DNA of 64,000 nucleotides from Eledone cirrhosa. Taxonomy: Eukaryota. Below, piece after piece: positions 51,010 through 64,000 of this stretch (position 1 is its first letter; every line of letters begins with the position of its first letter). A program made the position numbers and the translations under genes. Under the pieces are notes generated by a model that was not told the DNA's origin, made no database searches, and worked only from the letters and a program-made list of their open reading frames with translations. Where the stretch lies: NCBI GenBank assembly GCA_964016885.1, contig OZ024741.1, positions 23,312,001-23,376,000 on the forward strand. The letters are read 5' to 3'.

Positions 51010-52412
51010 GACATTATTTTTATGATAGTTACCTCCCTTTAACCTATCTATTAATTTTGTTTATTTATAGTTAATTTCGAAATTACCTGCCCTTGAAGAG
51101 CCCTCATATATTTTTCTAAAATAAAAAAAATTCATTCAACCGTGGTAGTACTCATGTTTCTTTATATAACAGGTTGAATGAGTTGGGGTGTATAACCCAA
51201 CACAATTTAAGTACCTGTATTTGTCACTGTTGTAACTATATTTAACTCGTCCTATAGACTGAGTACTCTTACCTTTGGATATTTCTACCAAACTTATACT
51301 ACAGTGTGTGTATATATATATCATCATCATCATCATTTCATTTTACGTCCGCTTTTTCCCTGCTTGCAAGGGTGGGACGGGAACTGATTCTGGCTTGATT
51401 TCTACAGTTGGATGCCCTTCCTAACACCAACCTCATTTACAGTGAGTGCTGGGTGATTTTTGCCGTGGCACCTCCACGACCACTTTGCAGTAGATTGATA
51501 TGGACCTCAGTCCCTATCATCTCATTTCTACAGCTGAGTAAACTGGAGCAATGTGAAATAAAGTGTCTTGCTCAAGGAAACAACACATCACCCGGTCTGA
51601 GAATTATATATATATAATGAGTTATATGGTTTGTTGATTATTCAACAAAGTTAATTTTACAACAGATTAGAAGCACTCTACAGATTTTATATGGAGTATC
51701 ATTAATATTAATAATATTAATAAATGGAAAATATCTTTATAAAACCATATTTATTTTATTATACGTATTTCAAGGCTACTAATATTTAAGTATGCTTTCG
51801 TCAGATAAAATATATTTGGTATTAAGATAGTGACACATGTTCATGTGAACTTAATGGTCTAAGTCCAGTGAAGATAGTGAATTGAAAGGTTCATAATTTA
51901 AGAGGTATATGCTATATATTTACCTAAATATTAGTACCCTTGAAATATGTATAATAAAATAAATATGGTTTTATAAAGATATTTTCCATTTATTAATCTA
52001 TCTATCTATCATTTTACGTCCGCTTTTCCCTGCTTGTAAACTGGAACAATGTGAAATAAAGTGTCTTGCTCAAGGAAACAACACATCGCCCGGTCTGAGA
52101 ATTGAACTCACAACCTTTCGATTGCAAGGCCAATGCTCTAACCACTAAGCCATGTGCCTCCATATTAATATTATATATATATGTGTTCTTGTGTGTATAT
52201 ATATATATATACATACATACACACACATATACATATATATTGATAGTCTGTGGTATTGAAATCGGGAAGACCCCAAATCAAACAAATACTCAATACATGG
52301 TAAGATGCAACAGGGAGTATATTAGTGGAAGTAAAGGATCTACCATGAAGAGGTTACTAGCCAAAACCTCTGAGCTTGTGGCAGATCCTCTGGATCTACT
52401 AATATATATACT

Positions 52413-52612
52413 TAAGGGGATGCTGGAAAGATCCTGGCTTTGGGTAAAAGAAAATACAGGAGGATCAGTTAATTATGATTTTATTCAACATATTCCCCTC
52501 TCAGATTCACACACTTGTTGCAGCAGTCCTTCAGTTTTTCTAATCTCTGTAAAAAGAAATCAGGCCTCTGTAGCAGCAATCAAAACCAGCAACTTTTCAA
52601 CATCCCGTCCTA
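52413..52612 (-). mobile_element. mariner deletion derivative, same family
   Basis: Reverse complement matches 3438-3619 including gaatatgttgaataaaatcataattaactga. Confidence 0.72.
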
Positions 52613-53059
52613 TATAGATTTGAATTTATCGTAGGTGTGTTATAAGTATGGCCACATGCATTTGGTCGCTTTTCTTAGTGTTCACTCTGGATGAAAATGT
52701 ATTAAATTTTTGTATCATTGAGTGCTTTGTAACTGCCTCAAACAATTCGATAGGTATCTACTATATTGTGGCTACTTATTCGAATTATAAATTATATATA
52801 TATAAAGGATTAGGGACCTTGATGGCTGAGCTCCTGCTGTTTCAACAGCTAGTTCTGAACAAGTACCGGTTTTTACTGCATCCATTCTGATTTTTTATAT
52901 ATATATATATATAAAGAGAGAGACACACAATACATTTTAGCAGACAATAGTTATTCTGAGAGGAATTTGATTATCATTCTGCAGCGGCTAACTGTTGTAT
53001 TTACAAAAGAGTCATTCAAATGAAGTTAATAATGAATCTAAAATATCCTCTTGTTGACA

Positions 53060-53171
53060 CTACTTCCATATAGTTTTGATGACATCTGGAGATGGATCTC
53101 GGCCACGGAACAATCTGAAGATCTGGTTAGCAGACATTGATCCACCCATTGAGAGAAATGTGTCACAAAAC
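53060..53171 (-). CDS. Oligopeptidase A-like last coding exon (RFCDTFLSMGGS...FRLFRGRDPSPDVIKTIWK*)
   Basis: F..T.L..GG....F..FRGR.P C-terminal M3A motif; TAG stop at 53060-53062. Confidence 0.93.
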
Positions 53172-55028
53172 CTTAAAAAAAAAAGGAAAATGTCAGAGTC
53201 GTAAAGAAAATGACAACAAATGAATACTAATTAATATAATATATGCCTAGTTTCTAGTAGCTGTGTGTGTCTAATAGTGGTGATGATGATGATGACGATG
53301 GTGATTGTAATGATGGTAATGATACAGTGATGATGATGATGATGGTAATGATATGATGATGATAGAGGAGTTCCAGAGGATGGACATTCTGAGCAGGAAG
53401 GACTGGTTGTAGTGGTTAGTGGGGGTTGGGGGGTTGGACACAATATGGTTGATGAGAAGATGAGGGACAAGTGAGGAAAGAATGCCTAAATGGAGATGGC
53501 AGAAGTTCAACAAGCTTCAAGGAACAGAGACCAGTGTAGTAAGAGTAGAAGAGGCTAACAAAAATTCCATCCCTCATGAACCTGTGGGGATTTTTGAGCA
53601 GCAGATTACCATTTTTATTATGGAGTAACATTACTCGATAGAGTGCATAGCTTGGAGATGAGAGAGTCACTCCAGGTAGAGCTGCTACTTCTCCGAAGTG
53701 AGAGATCACAGCTCTGATATTATGGGCATGTGGTTAGAATGTCTCAGGAAAGAATCATTGGACAGATTTATAGCTTGAAGATCAGAGTCGCTCCAGGTAG
53801 AAATTTTTCAGTCAAAACCAACTGGCAGGAGTCCCATTTGTAGACCCTGAGCAAGATGGTTGGATAACATCGATGGGCTTGTCTGGTCTCGCATAGGAAA
53901 CCAGCCGGATCAGTTGGAGATGGTTGCTTCTGACAGGATCTGGTGGAAGTAGTGTTTGAGGACTCTGCACCCACGACCTTCGCAGAAATAAGTGGGCGAA
54001 AAAGAAGACAAATTATTTTATAGAGAAATAGAACAAAAATATTAAATACTCTTAAAGAGATCTAGTGTTTGTTGGTGATATAGTGTTAATGGCAGCTAAT
54101 ATCAGAAAACACTGAGATCAAAGGAAGCAGATATTGCTGCCTTGACAAGCTGGTCAATAACAAAGATTGATATTTTGAAACAGTGTATGAAAGGGGAAGG
54201 AAGCTGCAGTAGGGGTAGACCAAGAAAGACCTGGGCAGACTTCAAATTGCTGAGACTCACAGAGGAGATGTCAAAGGATCGCAAAAAGTGAGGATATGCC
54301 ATGCTGAGAAGGACCTGTCCAACCTAGCATGGAAAAATGGACGTAAAAATGATGATGATGATGATGACAACGACAATGGTGATTGGTGGTGGTGATGATG
54401 GTAGTGATGATGATGATGGTGGTGGTGATGATGATGATGACGAGGTATCGCTGAGCCTGTGTATGTACTCCTCAGGTTAATTTTTTTGCAACGTAACAGT
54501 ATGAAAAAAAATGTCAATTGGTATATAAGAATGTCACTTTAAAACTGCTGGATGAGGGTGAACTAGAGTCTGAGGAAACTAGTGAGGGTCTGCATTGATT
54601 AAAAACTGTTAAAACGAAATATCATGCATAAAACACTAAAACTCACCTCCTTTCTCAATACACATTGTAGTTTATCAATTAAAACAATTGCAGGCTTTAT
54701 AATCATTATAAATGATATTCGATTTCTAAAATACCTATAATAGGTTACAGTTTAGCAGTAAAGACTAACCCTTTTCATATCAACAGACCTGAAATTGACC
54801 TTGGTTCTACAATATAAAACTGTTTATTTTCAAGTGTTTATATTTATCTAAAAATGTTCCATCATAATTTTATATAAGAACCTTTGTTAAGTTATGCTTC
54901 CAAACATCAGTTAAATAATGAAAAAATATTACCAAATCCCTTTAAATTCCAAAATTATAAAAAAATTATACAATGTCATATACATAGAAATATGGTAACG
55001 AAAGGGTTAATCTTCTATGGTTACTTAC

Positions 55029-55108
55029 CGTCTTCCAATGGCAGATATGACTTCTGTCTGTTCCAAACCAACTTCTTCAAAAGCAGCAAAGACGTCAGCT
55101 GCTATCAT
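55029..55108 (-). CDS. Oligopeptidase A-like exon (MIAADVFAAFEEVGLEQTEVISAIGR)
   Basis: AD.F.AFEE.GL motif; ttttag acceptor, CG|GTAAGT donor. Confidence 0.93.
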
Positions 55109-55329
55109 CTAAAAGAAGACAACATTGAAATTTAGTTTCTAGACAGTTATTAATTTGAAAATGGATGATATTCTCAGTATTGCAAGTATTCCAACCAGGA
55201 CCCTAATTCAAAGATACTTCCCTCCTCATCAGTCTTGGAGGTCCTGGAAAGGGTCATGAGCATTGCCTTTCCCTCACTAACTAAACTGTAATAAAAATTA
55301 AAATGTTGTAGTTTGCTTGAAGCATTGTA

Positions 55330-57215
55330 TATAATACATAAGGAAACAGGAGGTATTCAAGATTGCGAGGCAGTGTGTCAGAGATAGTTGTGATGTCATT
55401 GGAGAGAAGTGTATCCGGAATGATAAAGGTGAGCTTGCCCTCACAAGTGCTGAGAAGAAAGATGCATGGAAGAGTCATTATGATAGATTACTAAATGAGG
55501 AGAATGCATGGGAAGAAGAGACCCTACCCCACGTAGACCCTATAGAGGGACCAGCAGTACAAGTCAGCGGCAGCGTAGTAAGTAAGGCAATCAGAGATAT
55601 GAAGATAGGGAAGGCAACCGGTCCATCGGGTATAGCTGCCGAGATGCTGAAGGCATCTGGGTCTGTAGGTCACACTATAACCACACGTATCGTTAACCAG
55701 GTAATACTAGAGGGGGCCATACCAAAAGATTGGTGCAGTAGCATCATTGTCAACTGCTACAAAGGTAAAGGCGATGCACTAGATAGAGGAAACTATAGAG
55801 GTATAAAGTTGATGGACCAGGTCATGAAAGTAACAGAAAGAGTTATAGCACAGCTGATTAGGGACCGGGTGAATATAGACGAGATGCAATTTGGGTTTGT
55901 ACCAGAGAAAGGCACCACTGATGCCCTCTTCCTTGTGAGGCAATTACAGGAAAAGTACCTAGCTAAAAGTAAGCCACTCTACTTGGCATTTGTCGACCTT
56001 GAGAAAGCCTTTGACAGAGTTCCACGTGCAGTAATCTGGTGGGCTCTTAGAAAAATAGGAGTAGATGAATGGCTTGTGAAAGCGGTACAAGCCATGTATA
56101 GGGGAGCAGTCAGCAAAGTTAGGATTGGCAATGAGTATAGCGAGGAATTTAGCGTACAGGTTGGGGTCCACCAGGGCTCTGTTCTTAGCCCTCTCCTGTT
56201 CATCATAGTCCTGCAGGCAATAACGGAGGAGTTTAAGACCGGATGCCCATGGGAACTCCTGTATGCTGATGACCTCGCACTCATAGCTGAATCTATGGTA
56301 GAACTAGAGAAGAAATTCCAAACCTGGAAGCAGGGACTAGAGAGAAAGGGCCTCAAAGTCAACATGACAAAGACTAAGGTCCTTGTAAGTAGACGAGAAA
56401 ACAGAACCCAGATCCCCTCAGGGAAATGGCCTTGCTCAGTATGTAGGAAAGGTGTAGGTAGGAACTCCATTCTCTGCCCCAAATGCAAACAATGGGTACA
56501 CAAGAGATGTAGCGGGATCTCAGGAAGCTTAATTAAGAATGTAGGATTCACATGCAGCAGCTGTGCTGAAACAGCAAGCAAACAGCCACAGGAAACAAGT
56601 ACCACCAATCTCTGGGAGGGCCCTGTAGAAACAGTAGACAGCTTCTGCTACCTAGGTGACCGAATTAGCAACGGAGGTGGGTGCTCAGAAAGTACAATAA
56701 CTAGGGTAAGAACGGGATGGAAGAAGTTTAGGGAACTACTACCACTGCTAGCTGCAAAAGGCTTCTCCCTCAGAATGAAAGGCAGACTGTATGATGCGTG
56801 TATCCGAACAGCGATGTTGCATGGTAGTGAGACCTGGGCGCTGAAGGTGGAAGACTTACGTAGATTAGAGAGAAACGAAGCCTGCATGCTCCGATGGATG
56901 TGTAACAGTAATATACGTGAACGACAAAGCATAAAGGAATTGAGAGTGGAGGTGGTCGTGGAGGTGCCACGGCAAAAAAGCACCCAGCCCATACTGTAAA
57001 GTGGACGTGTAGGCGCCACGAAAAAGCACCCAGCACTCACTGTAAATGAGGTTGGTGTTAGGAAGGGCATCCAGCTGTAGAAATCAAGCCAGATCAGTTC
57101 CTGTATGAGCAAGGCATGGTCAGCCGACCAGACACTGCCCACAACAGGACAACCCGTCTAACCCATGCTAGCGTGGAAGAACGGACGTAAAACGGTGATG
57201 ATGATGATGATGATG
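55330..57215 (+). mobile_element. 5'-truncated RTE LINE with internal deletion near 56948
   Basis: 466-aa RT ORF closely related to the 17-19 kb copy, jumps into 3' UTR sequence, ends in (GAT)n. Confidence 0.93.
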
Positions 57216-58163
57216 ACATAATGTGGAAAGTGATATATAACTAAACAATGCAAATTGGAAAGTAAGATGAAGGTAACAAAAAAGTTCGCTACCTGGTAAT
57301 CTATGTTTTTTTCCTAATATTTTGGGACTTAAAAAAAGTTTTAAATAATGGTCATCATTACTAACGTTACGTTAGTTATTGGGATTGTCAAAATTAACTT
57401 TCTTGGAAGGAAAACTAATATTTTTAGAGACAGAACAAAATGAACAGTCAATGTCTTATTGTATATATCATCTTCATCATTTTTATATCTGTTTTTCCAA
57501 GTTTGCACGATCTCGTTTAAAATAGGTACACCATGTTACTGTGTGTCATAAGGGACAACAAAAAAGATAGGCACCAGAAAGGGCATCTGGCCATAAAATA
57601 TTGCCCCCCAAAAAGGACCCCATGATGGCTATGAAGCCTGTCATGGAGCCCCCACAAAGCTAGCCCCTGTTTTAGCAAGGAAAATGGCCTTGAAACATTT
57701 ATTGAATGTTGTGTATTGTCGTGGTGTCTTATTGTGTGTACTTTCACAGTAAATATCCACAAAGACAACCAATGAATACTGAATACTTCAATGATTTGTA
57801 CCTCATACTTATCTTTCAATCAGGAGTTCAAAACCTACTATGGTCACTTGGGGGAGGAAGGAGAGGGGGGGGGGCTGTAATTTTCAATCTAGGACTGAAC
57901 AACAACAATAACAATTAAAACAAAACAAAATGAATGCTTCTATGGCAACTTGGGATGGGGGGGGGGGGTTCATACTAGGCCTGACCAACAACAATTGAAA
58001 CAAAACCAAAATAAATATGCTTCTATGGTCACTTGGGAGAGGGAGGATGCAAGTGTGTGTGTGTGGGTGGGGGTGGGGGCTGATAATTTCATGCTAGGAC
58101 TGAACATACAACAACAACAAAAACAATTAAAACCAAAGGAAAGTAACTCTGGTTGTGACTTAC

Positions 58164-58311
58164 CTCAGACCATTTATGAGAATAATAAGCTGCTGGATGT
58201 TGATCAGAGAAAATATGAGTGAAAGAACAAGGATGGGCATCATCTTCATTGAGAGGTAGCAACATATAGTCATCCCAGATACGAGTCATTATACTGTGCC
58301 AGTGGTCTTTA
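58164..58311 (-). CDS. Oligopeptidase A-like exon (..HPCSFTHIFSDQHPAAYYSHKWSE)
   Basis: Matches M3A CSF.HIF...Y.AGYYSYKW.E motif; GAG|GTAAGT donor. Confidence 0.93.
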
Positions 58312-59414
58312 CTGGTATTTCATGAAATGAAACGAAAAATATATATAAGAGATAAAAAAGATCATCATTATCATCATCATTATCATTATCTTCATCATCA
58401 TCACCACCTATGGTCAAGGTACTATGTCATGTTAGATGGGCTGTTATGTGCTATGGTTAGACCAGTCAGCTGATAATGTATGCTCTGCTTTTAGCTTGGT
58501 TTTTACGGCTCGATGACCTTCCTAAAGCCAACCACTTTACAGCATGTACTGGGAGCATTTTATAGTGATTCTGACACAACCATCTTACAGATTAGACTGG
58601 GTGCCTTTATTGTGAGACCAGCATCGCCACCTTACAGGGATGGCTGCGTGCTTCTATTGTAGCACCAGAACTACCATGGGTAGGCTGGGTGCTTTTATTG
58701 AGGCACCAGCACTACCACCTTACAGAGTTTGTTCCAAATTTTGGCATGGTTTCTACAGTTGGATATCCTTTCCTTACACAAACCAATTTATAGAGAGTAC
58801 AGGGTGCATTTCATCATGGCATCAACAATTAACATAAGATAAAAGAAATACAATTCTAAATCTATAAAAAAAACTATGTAAATTGTTGATGAATTGTGAG
58901 GATGATGAACAATATGTCTTCCAGTATTTCTTTCACCGCTCTGTAGTCTGAATTTAAATCCTGTTCCTGCAACTGAAAGAATGGCAGAAAAAGAAGTACT
59001 CATTGCCTTCACAGGTTTTATGAGTCAGGAGAGGGAAATTGCGTTTGTTGCAGGTCCACTCCTTTGAGAAAGATATGAGCAGGGAGTTACAGATGGCAGA
59101 CACTTTGGGCAGGAAAGGGGTTAGTGTGAGATATAGGATAGGGTGCAGTCAGAGAGGACACAACATGGGTAAAAAAAGGAGGGACGAATTGGAAATATCT
59201 GAGTGGAGGTGGCATGAGTTCAGCAAGCTCCAAGGATCAGAGGCTATTGTAATAAAGGGTAGAAGAGACAGAGTTAGGAGTCATGTCTGTGGGTCAGGGG
59301 CTGAGGCCCCTATCATTAAAAACATCCCAACAAAACCTCTTATGAAATACAACCTCATAAGAAGCCAGCTAAACCTGTGTGAACCATAACGTCATTAATG
59401 ATAGATTAGTAGAG

Positions 59415-59728
59415 AGCAGAAAACAGAAAACAGTTCCCATGACTTTCGGAAACATTTTTTCACGCTCAGAGTTGCTGAAGCATGGAACAAACTACCTGCA
59501 TCGGTTGTTAGCTATCGAGACACTGCATCCTTTAAAACCTCCATGCTTCCTGAAATTCGCCAACACTACACCTAATGTTCCCCCTCCATACACATACACA
59601 CATGTATATCATGACTCATACACTATTCACTTCCCTGACATTTGTATATTATTCTATGTACTATACATGCACCTTTGACGAGTTGTAGTGCACCTGAGCA
59701 CTTTACACAATAATTTCATTATTATTAT
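59415..59728 (+). mobile_element. CR1-clade LINE 3' fragment
   Basis: Same family; ends in (ATT)n. Confidence 0.85.
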
Positions 59729-59741
59729 AGAAGGGCCTTAC

Positions 59742-59817
59742 CTGATGTATAATTCCATGTCTAATGCACTGAGGTAGAGCTGTCGCATCATATCAAACCC
59801 AATCATGTGTTTCTGAC
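59742..59817 (-). CDS. Oligopeptidase A-like exon (GQKHMIGFDMMRQLYLSALDMELYI)
   Basis: RQL....D.ELH-like M3 motif; ttgtcag acceptor, AG|GTAAGG donor. Confidence 0.9.
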
Positions 59818-61467
59818 CTGACAAAAATAATTTAAAAAAACAAAAAAAAACATATCAGAAATAAAATCAAATTAAACAATAATTTTTTCTAATTTAGGCA
59901 CAATGCCAGCAATTTTCAGGGGAAGGAGAAAGGGGAAAGTTGATGAAATTAGCCTCAGTACATAGCTGGTACTTTATTTTACTGACCCTGGAATGATGAA
60001 AGCAAAATTGACCCCTGCCAGATTTGAACTTAGAGAGTAAAGTACCGTAACTAAATATTTCAATGCTCTGTTAATTCACTGCTCTTAATTAAATAATTAA
60101 TAATTAATTAATACTTTAATTGATAAATATCTTAATTTAAGCCAACAAGGAAACATCTATATGATTGTTTAACTTGCTAGATATAGCAGCCAAATCACAC
60201 TTTACCATCTTGGCAAAAGAGGGAGCTCATTTAACAGCATGTAACAAGATTTACAAAAATACAAGAATTTAAACTAAATGCTTTGTGGTAGTTGTTTTGG
60301 CTCCCTGAACTTTGAGTTCAAATCCTGTCTGTCATCTTTATCATCATCGTTTAATGTCCATTTTTCACGCTAGCATGGGTTAGACGAGTCGTCCTGTTGT
60401 GAGACAAGTCAGGTCAGATGGCCATGCCTTGATCATATAGAACTGGTTTTGGCTTGGTTTCTACAGCTGGATGCCCTTCCTTACACCAACCACATTTACA
60501 GTGTGAACTGGGGGCTTTTTGTCATGACACCTACACAACCACTTTACAGTGTTGGCTGGGCACTTATTGTCGAATCACCTACATAACCACTTTACAGCAT
60601 GGGCTGGGTGCTTTTTGTTGTGTCACCTACACAACCACTTTACAGTGTGGGCTGGGCACTTATTGTCGAATCACCTACATAACCACTTTACAGCATGGGC
60701 TGGGTGCTTTTTGTTGTGTCACCTACACAACCACTTTACAGTGTGGCTTGGGGTCTTTTTGGAGTTGATAAATAAAATAAGGGTGATGGACAGTCCAGGC
60801 GAAGTTGGACGAGATGTTATATAGTATCTGTTTTGGTCCCTTTCATTCTAAGCTTGCCTGCAATATCACTGATCCCACAGTGTGTCGGTTCTTGCCATTC
60901 TCTTGGTCAGCATCAGTGGCATGGAGGGATTTGCATGCATGGGCAACTGTTGATTTTCCACAAAATAAATCTTGCCCAAGTCTGTATTTAGGAGAGGAAC
61001 TTTCCAGATACAGATTCATTGTTACACAAGACATGCAGAGGCCCAGAAGAGAATGATGTAAATAGAAATGGAATGAGATGGCTCAGTCATGTGTTGAGGA
61101 TGGACAACAGGAGTTGATTAAGAGAGGTAATGGAAATAAATGTAGAAGGAAGTCAAAAAAAGGAAGACCAAGAATACATGGCTAAATAAGATGGAGGAGG
61201 AAATGAAAGTCAAGGGAATAAGAGGGAGATGCAGAGAATATGGCAAAGCTTGTCATGGTCTGTACAAGGTCAAACCCTCCTTTAACAGGGAAAATGAACT
61301 TAAAATACTTATTGTTGTTATTGGTGTTAATAATTAATTAACAGTTCATGTGTTTATCAACAAACAACAGTCAACATGACTCAACCAAAATACAATGTTT
61401 TAACAGTGTTTACGAAAAATACACAAGAAAATTGATAGTTGAATATTTTCATTTTTTAAAACTCTTT

Positions 61468-61828
61468 TATATACACAAACACTCTCTCTCTATTACATAT
61501 ATAAACACACACTCCATTATATACACAAACACACTCTCTCTATTACATATATAAACACACACTCCATTATATACACAAACACTCTCTCTCTATTACATAT
61601 ATAAACACACACTCCATTATATACACAAACACACTCTCTCTATTACATATATAAACACACACTCCATTATATACACAAACACTCTCTCTCTATTACATAT
61701 ATAAACACACACACACACTCCATTATATACACAAACACTCTCTCTCTATTACATATATAAACACACACTCCATTATATACACAAACACACTCTCTCTATT
61801 ACATATATAAACACACACACACACTCCA

Positions 61829-61859
<31 letters not shown>

Positions 61860-63760
61860 CCGTTTTACGTCCGTTCTTCCACGCTAGCATGGGTTAGACG
61901 GGTTGTCCTTTTGCGGGCAGTGTCTGGTCGGCTGACCATGCCTTGCTCATACAGGAACTGATTTGGCTTGATTTCTACAGCTGGATACCCTTCCTAACAC
62001 CAACCTCATTTACAGTGAGTGCTGGGTGCTTTTTCGTGGCGCCTACACGTCCACTTTACAGTGTGGACTGGGTGCTTTTTTTGCCGTGGCACCTCCACGA
62101 CCACCTTGCAGTGGGGGGTGTGGGGGCATATTGTCTATATGCTTCAGCTTGTACCCATGGGAGGTCGGGTACTCTGTATTACTGCGTGACGCCAGAGGTC
62201 ACGGTCGTATGTCATCGCCTTTGAGAGGTGTAATTGGGTAAGGTTGGCTTTTATCACCTCATCCCAGGTCATCTTGGATCTCCCCACTCCGCAGTTTCCA
62301 TCGACTTCTAGTGCTTATATACACAAACACACTCTCTCTATTACATATATAAACACACACACACTCCATTATATACACAAACACACTCTCTCTATTACAT
62401 ATATAAACACACACACACTCCATTATATACACAAACACACTCCATTATATACATAAACACACTCTCTCTATTACATATATAAACAGACACACACACTCCA
62501 TTATATACATAATCACACTCTCTCTATTACATATATAAACACACACACACTCCATTATATACACAAACACACTCCATTATATACATAAACACACTCTCTC
62601 TATTACATATATAAACAGACACACACACTCCATTATATACACAAACACACTCTCTCTATTACATATATAAACACACACACACTCCATTATATACACAAAC
62701 ACACTCCATTATATACATAAACACACTCTCTCTATTACATATATAAACACACACACACACTCCATTATATACATAAACACACTCTCTCTATTACATATAT
62801 AAACTCACACACTCCATTATATACATAAACACTCTCTCTATTACATATATAAACTCACACACTCCATTATATACATAAACACACTCTCTCTATTACATAT
62901 ATAAACACACACACTCCATTATATACATAATCACACTCTCTCTATTACATATATAAACTCACACACTCCATTATATACATAAACACTCTCTCTATTACAT
63001 ATATAAACTCACACACTCCATTATATACATAAACACACTCTCTCTATTACATATATAAACACACACACTCCATTATATACATAAACACACTCTCTCTATT
63101 ACATATATAAACTCACACACTCCATTATATACATAAACACACTCTCTCTATTACATATATAAACACACACACTCCATTATATACATAATCACACTCTCTC
63201 TATTACATATATAAACACACACACACACTCCATTATATACATAATCACACTCTCTCTATTACATATATAAACACACACACTCCATTATATACATAAACAC
63301 TCTCTCTATTACATATATAAACACACTCCATTATATACATAAACACACTCTCTCTATTACATATATAAACACACACACTCCATTATATACATAAACACAC
63401 TCTCTCTATTACATATATAAACACACACACACTCCATTATATACATAAACACTCTCTCTATTACATATATAAACACAGACACACACACTCCATTATATAC
63501 ACAAACACACTCTCTCTATTACATATATAAACACACACACACACACTCCATTATATACATAAACACTCTCTCTATTACATATATAAACACACACACACAC
63601 ACACACTCCATTATATACATAAACACTCTCTCTATTACATATATAAACACACACACACACACTCCATTATATACACAAACACACTCTCTCTATTACATAT
63701 ATAAACACATACACACACACTCCATTATATACATAAACACACACTCTATTATATACATAA
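61468..63760. repeat. ~46-56 bp compound minisatellite (ctccattatatacacaaacactctctctattacatatataaacacac)
   Basis: Dozens of units with variable CA/CT lengths, interrupted at 61831-62315. Confidence 0.95.
61831..62315 (-). mobile_element. RTE LINE 3' end inserted in a compound minisatellite
   Basis: Encodes VGRSKMTWDEVI...DRDLWR on minus strand; 3' UTR nearly identical to 56950-57215; (CAT)n tail. Confidence 0.9.
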
Positions 63761-63881
63761 AGACAATTTCTTAGAAAGACTCTTTCCCTTCCACTCATAC
63801 GAACACATTCTCTCTTATACAATTGATCTCTCTCTCTCTCCCTCTCTCACACACTTTCACAGAGATGCAAATAGAGATAAC

Positions 63882-64000
63882 CTTTAAGAAGTGTGTCGAC
63901 CATATCATCTGGCATCGGTTCATCTGTCTGGTAGTGGGACGTTAAACTCTTGAGGGTGCGGGCATCAGATAACCACATTGTCATAAAACTGGAACAAACA
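63882..64000 (-). CDS. Oligopeptidase A-like (peptidase M3A) exon (..SFMTMWLSDARTLKSLTSHYQTDEPMPDDMVDTLLK), possibly truncated by window edge
   Basis: Resembles the M3A S.FMENW...HY.TGE.LP motif; AAG|GTTATC donor, phase 1. Confidence 0.85.

Overview
AT-rich, microsatellite-dense animal genomic DNA. The repeat landscape (Nin-domain SINEs, CORE/Meta SINEs, RTE LINE tails ending in (ATG)n, TA/CA arrays) suggests a coleoid cephalopod such as Octopus; this is inference. Two spliced minus-strand genes were reconstructed by hand from GT/AG sites with consistent phases. (1) Ten coding exons of ANKZF1/Vms1 (26466 down to 2395, continuing off the left edge): C2H2 finger, VLRF1 tRNA-nuclease domain and the start of the ankyrin repeats. 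(2) The last five coding exons of an M3-family oligopeptidase A-like gene (64000 down to 53060). Introns and intergenic DNA hold a near full-length RTE LINE (short ORF1, APE, RT with an internal PHD-like finger, 3' tandem repeats), a young GC-rich Tx1/L1 LINE with a TSD at a (TATC)n tract, a long Penelope-like (Naiad-type) element with a hammerhead ribozyme and a 5' fold-back, a second deleted Penelope copy bracketed by inverted repeats, a 1-kb spacer-less palindrome, a stand-alone hammerhead cassette, many MITEs/SINEs and several large minisatellites. Most long ORFs in the supplied track over the tandem arrays are artefacts. The most interesting thread is the set of Penelope-related, hammerhead-bearing fold-back structures sitting at TA/CA microsatellites.
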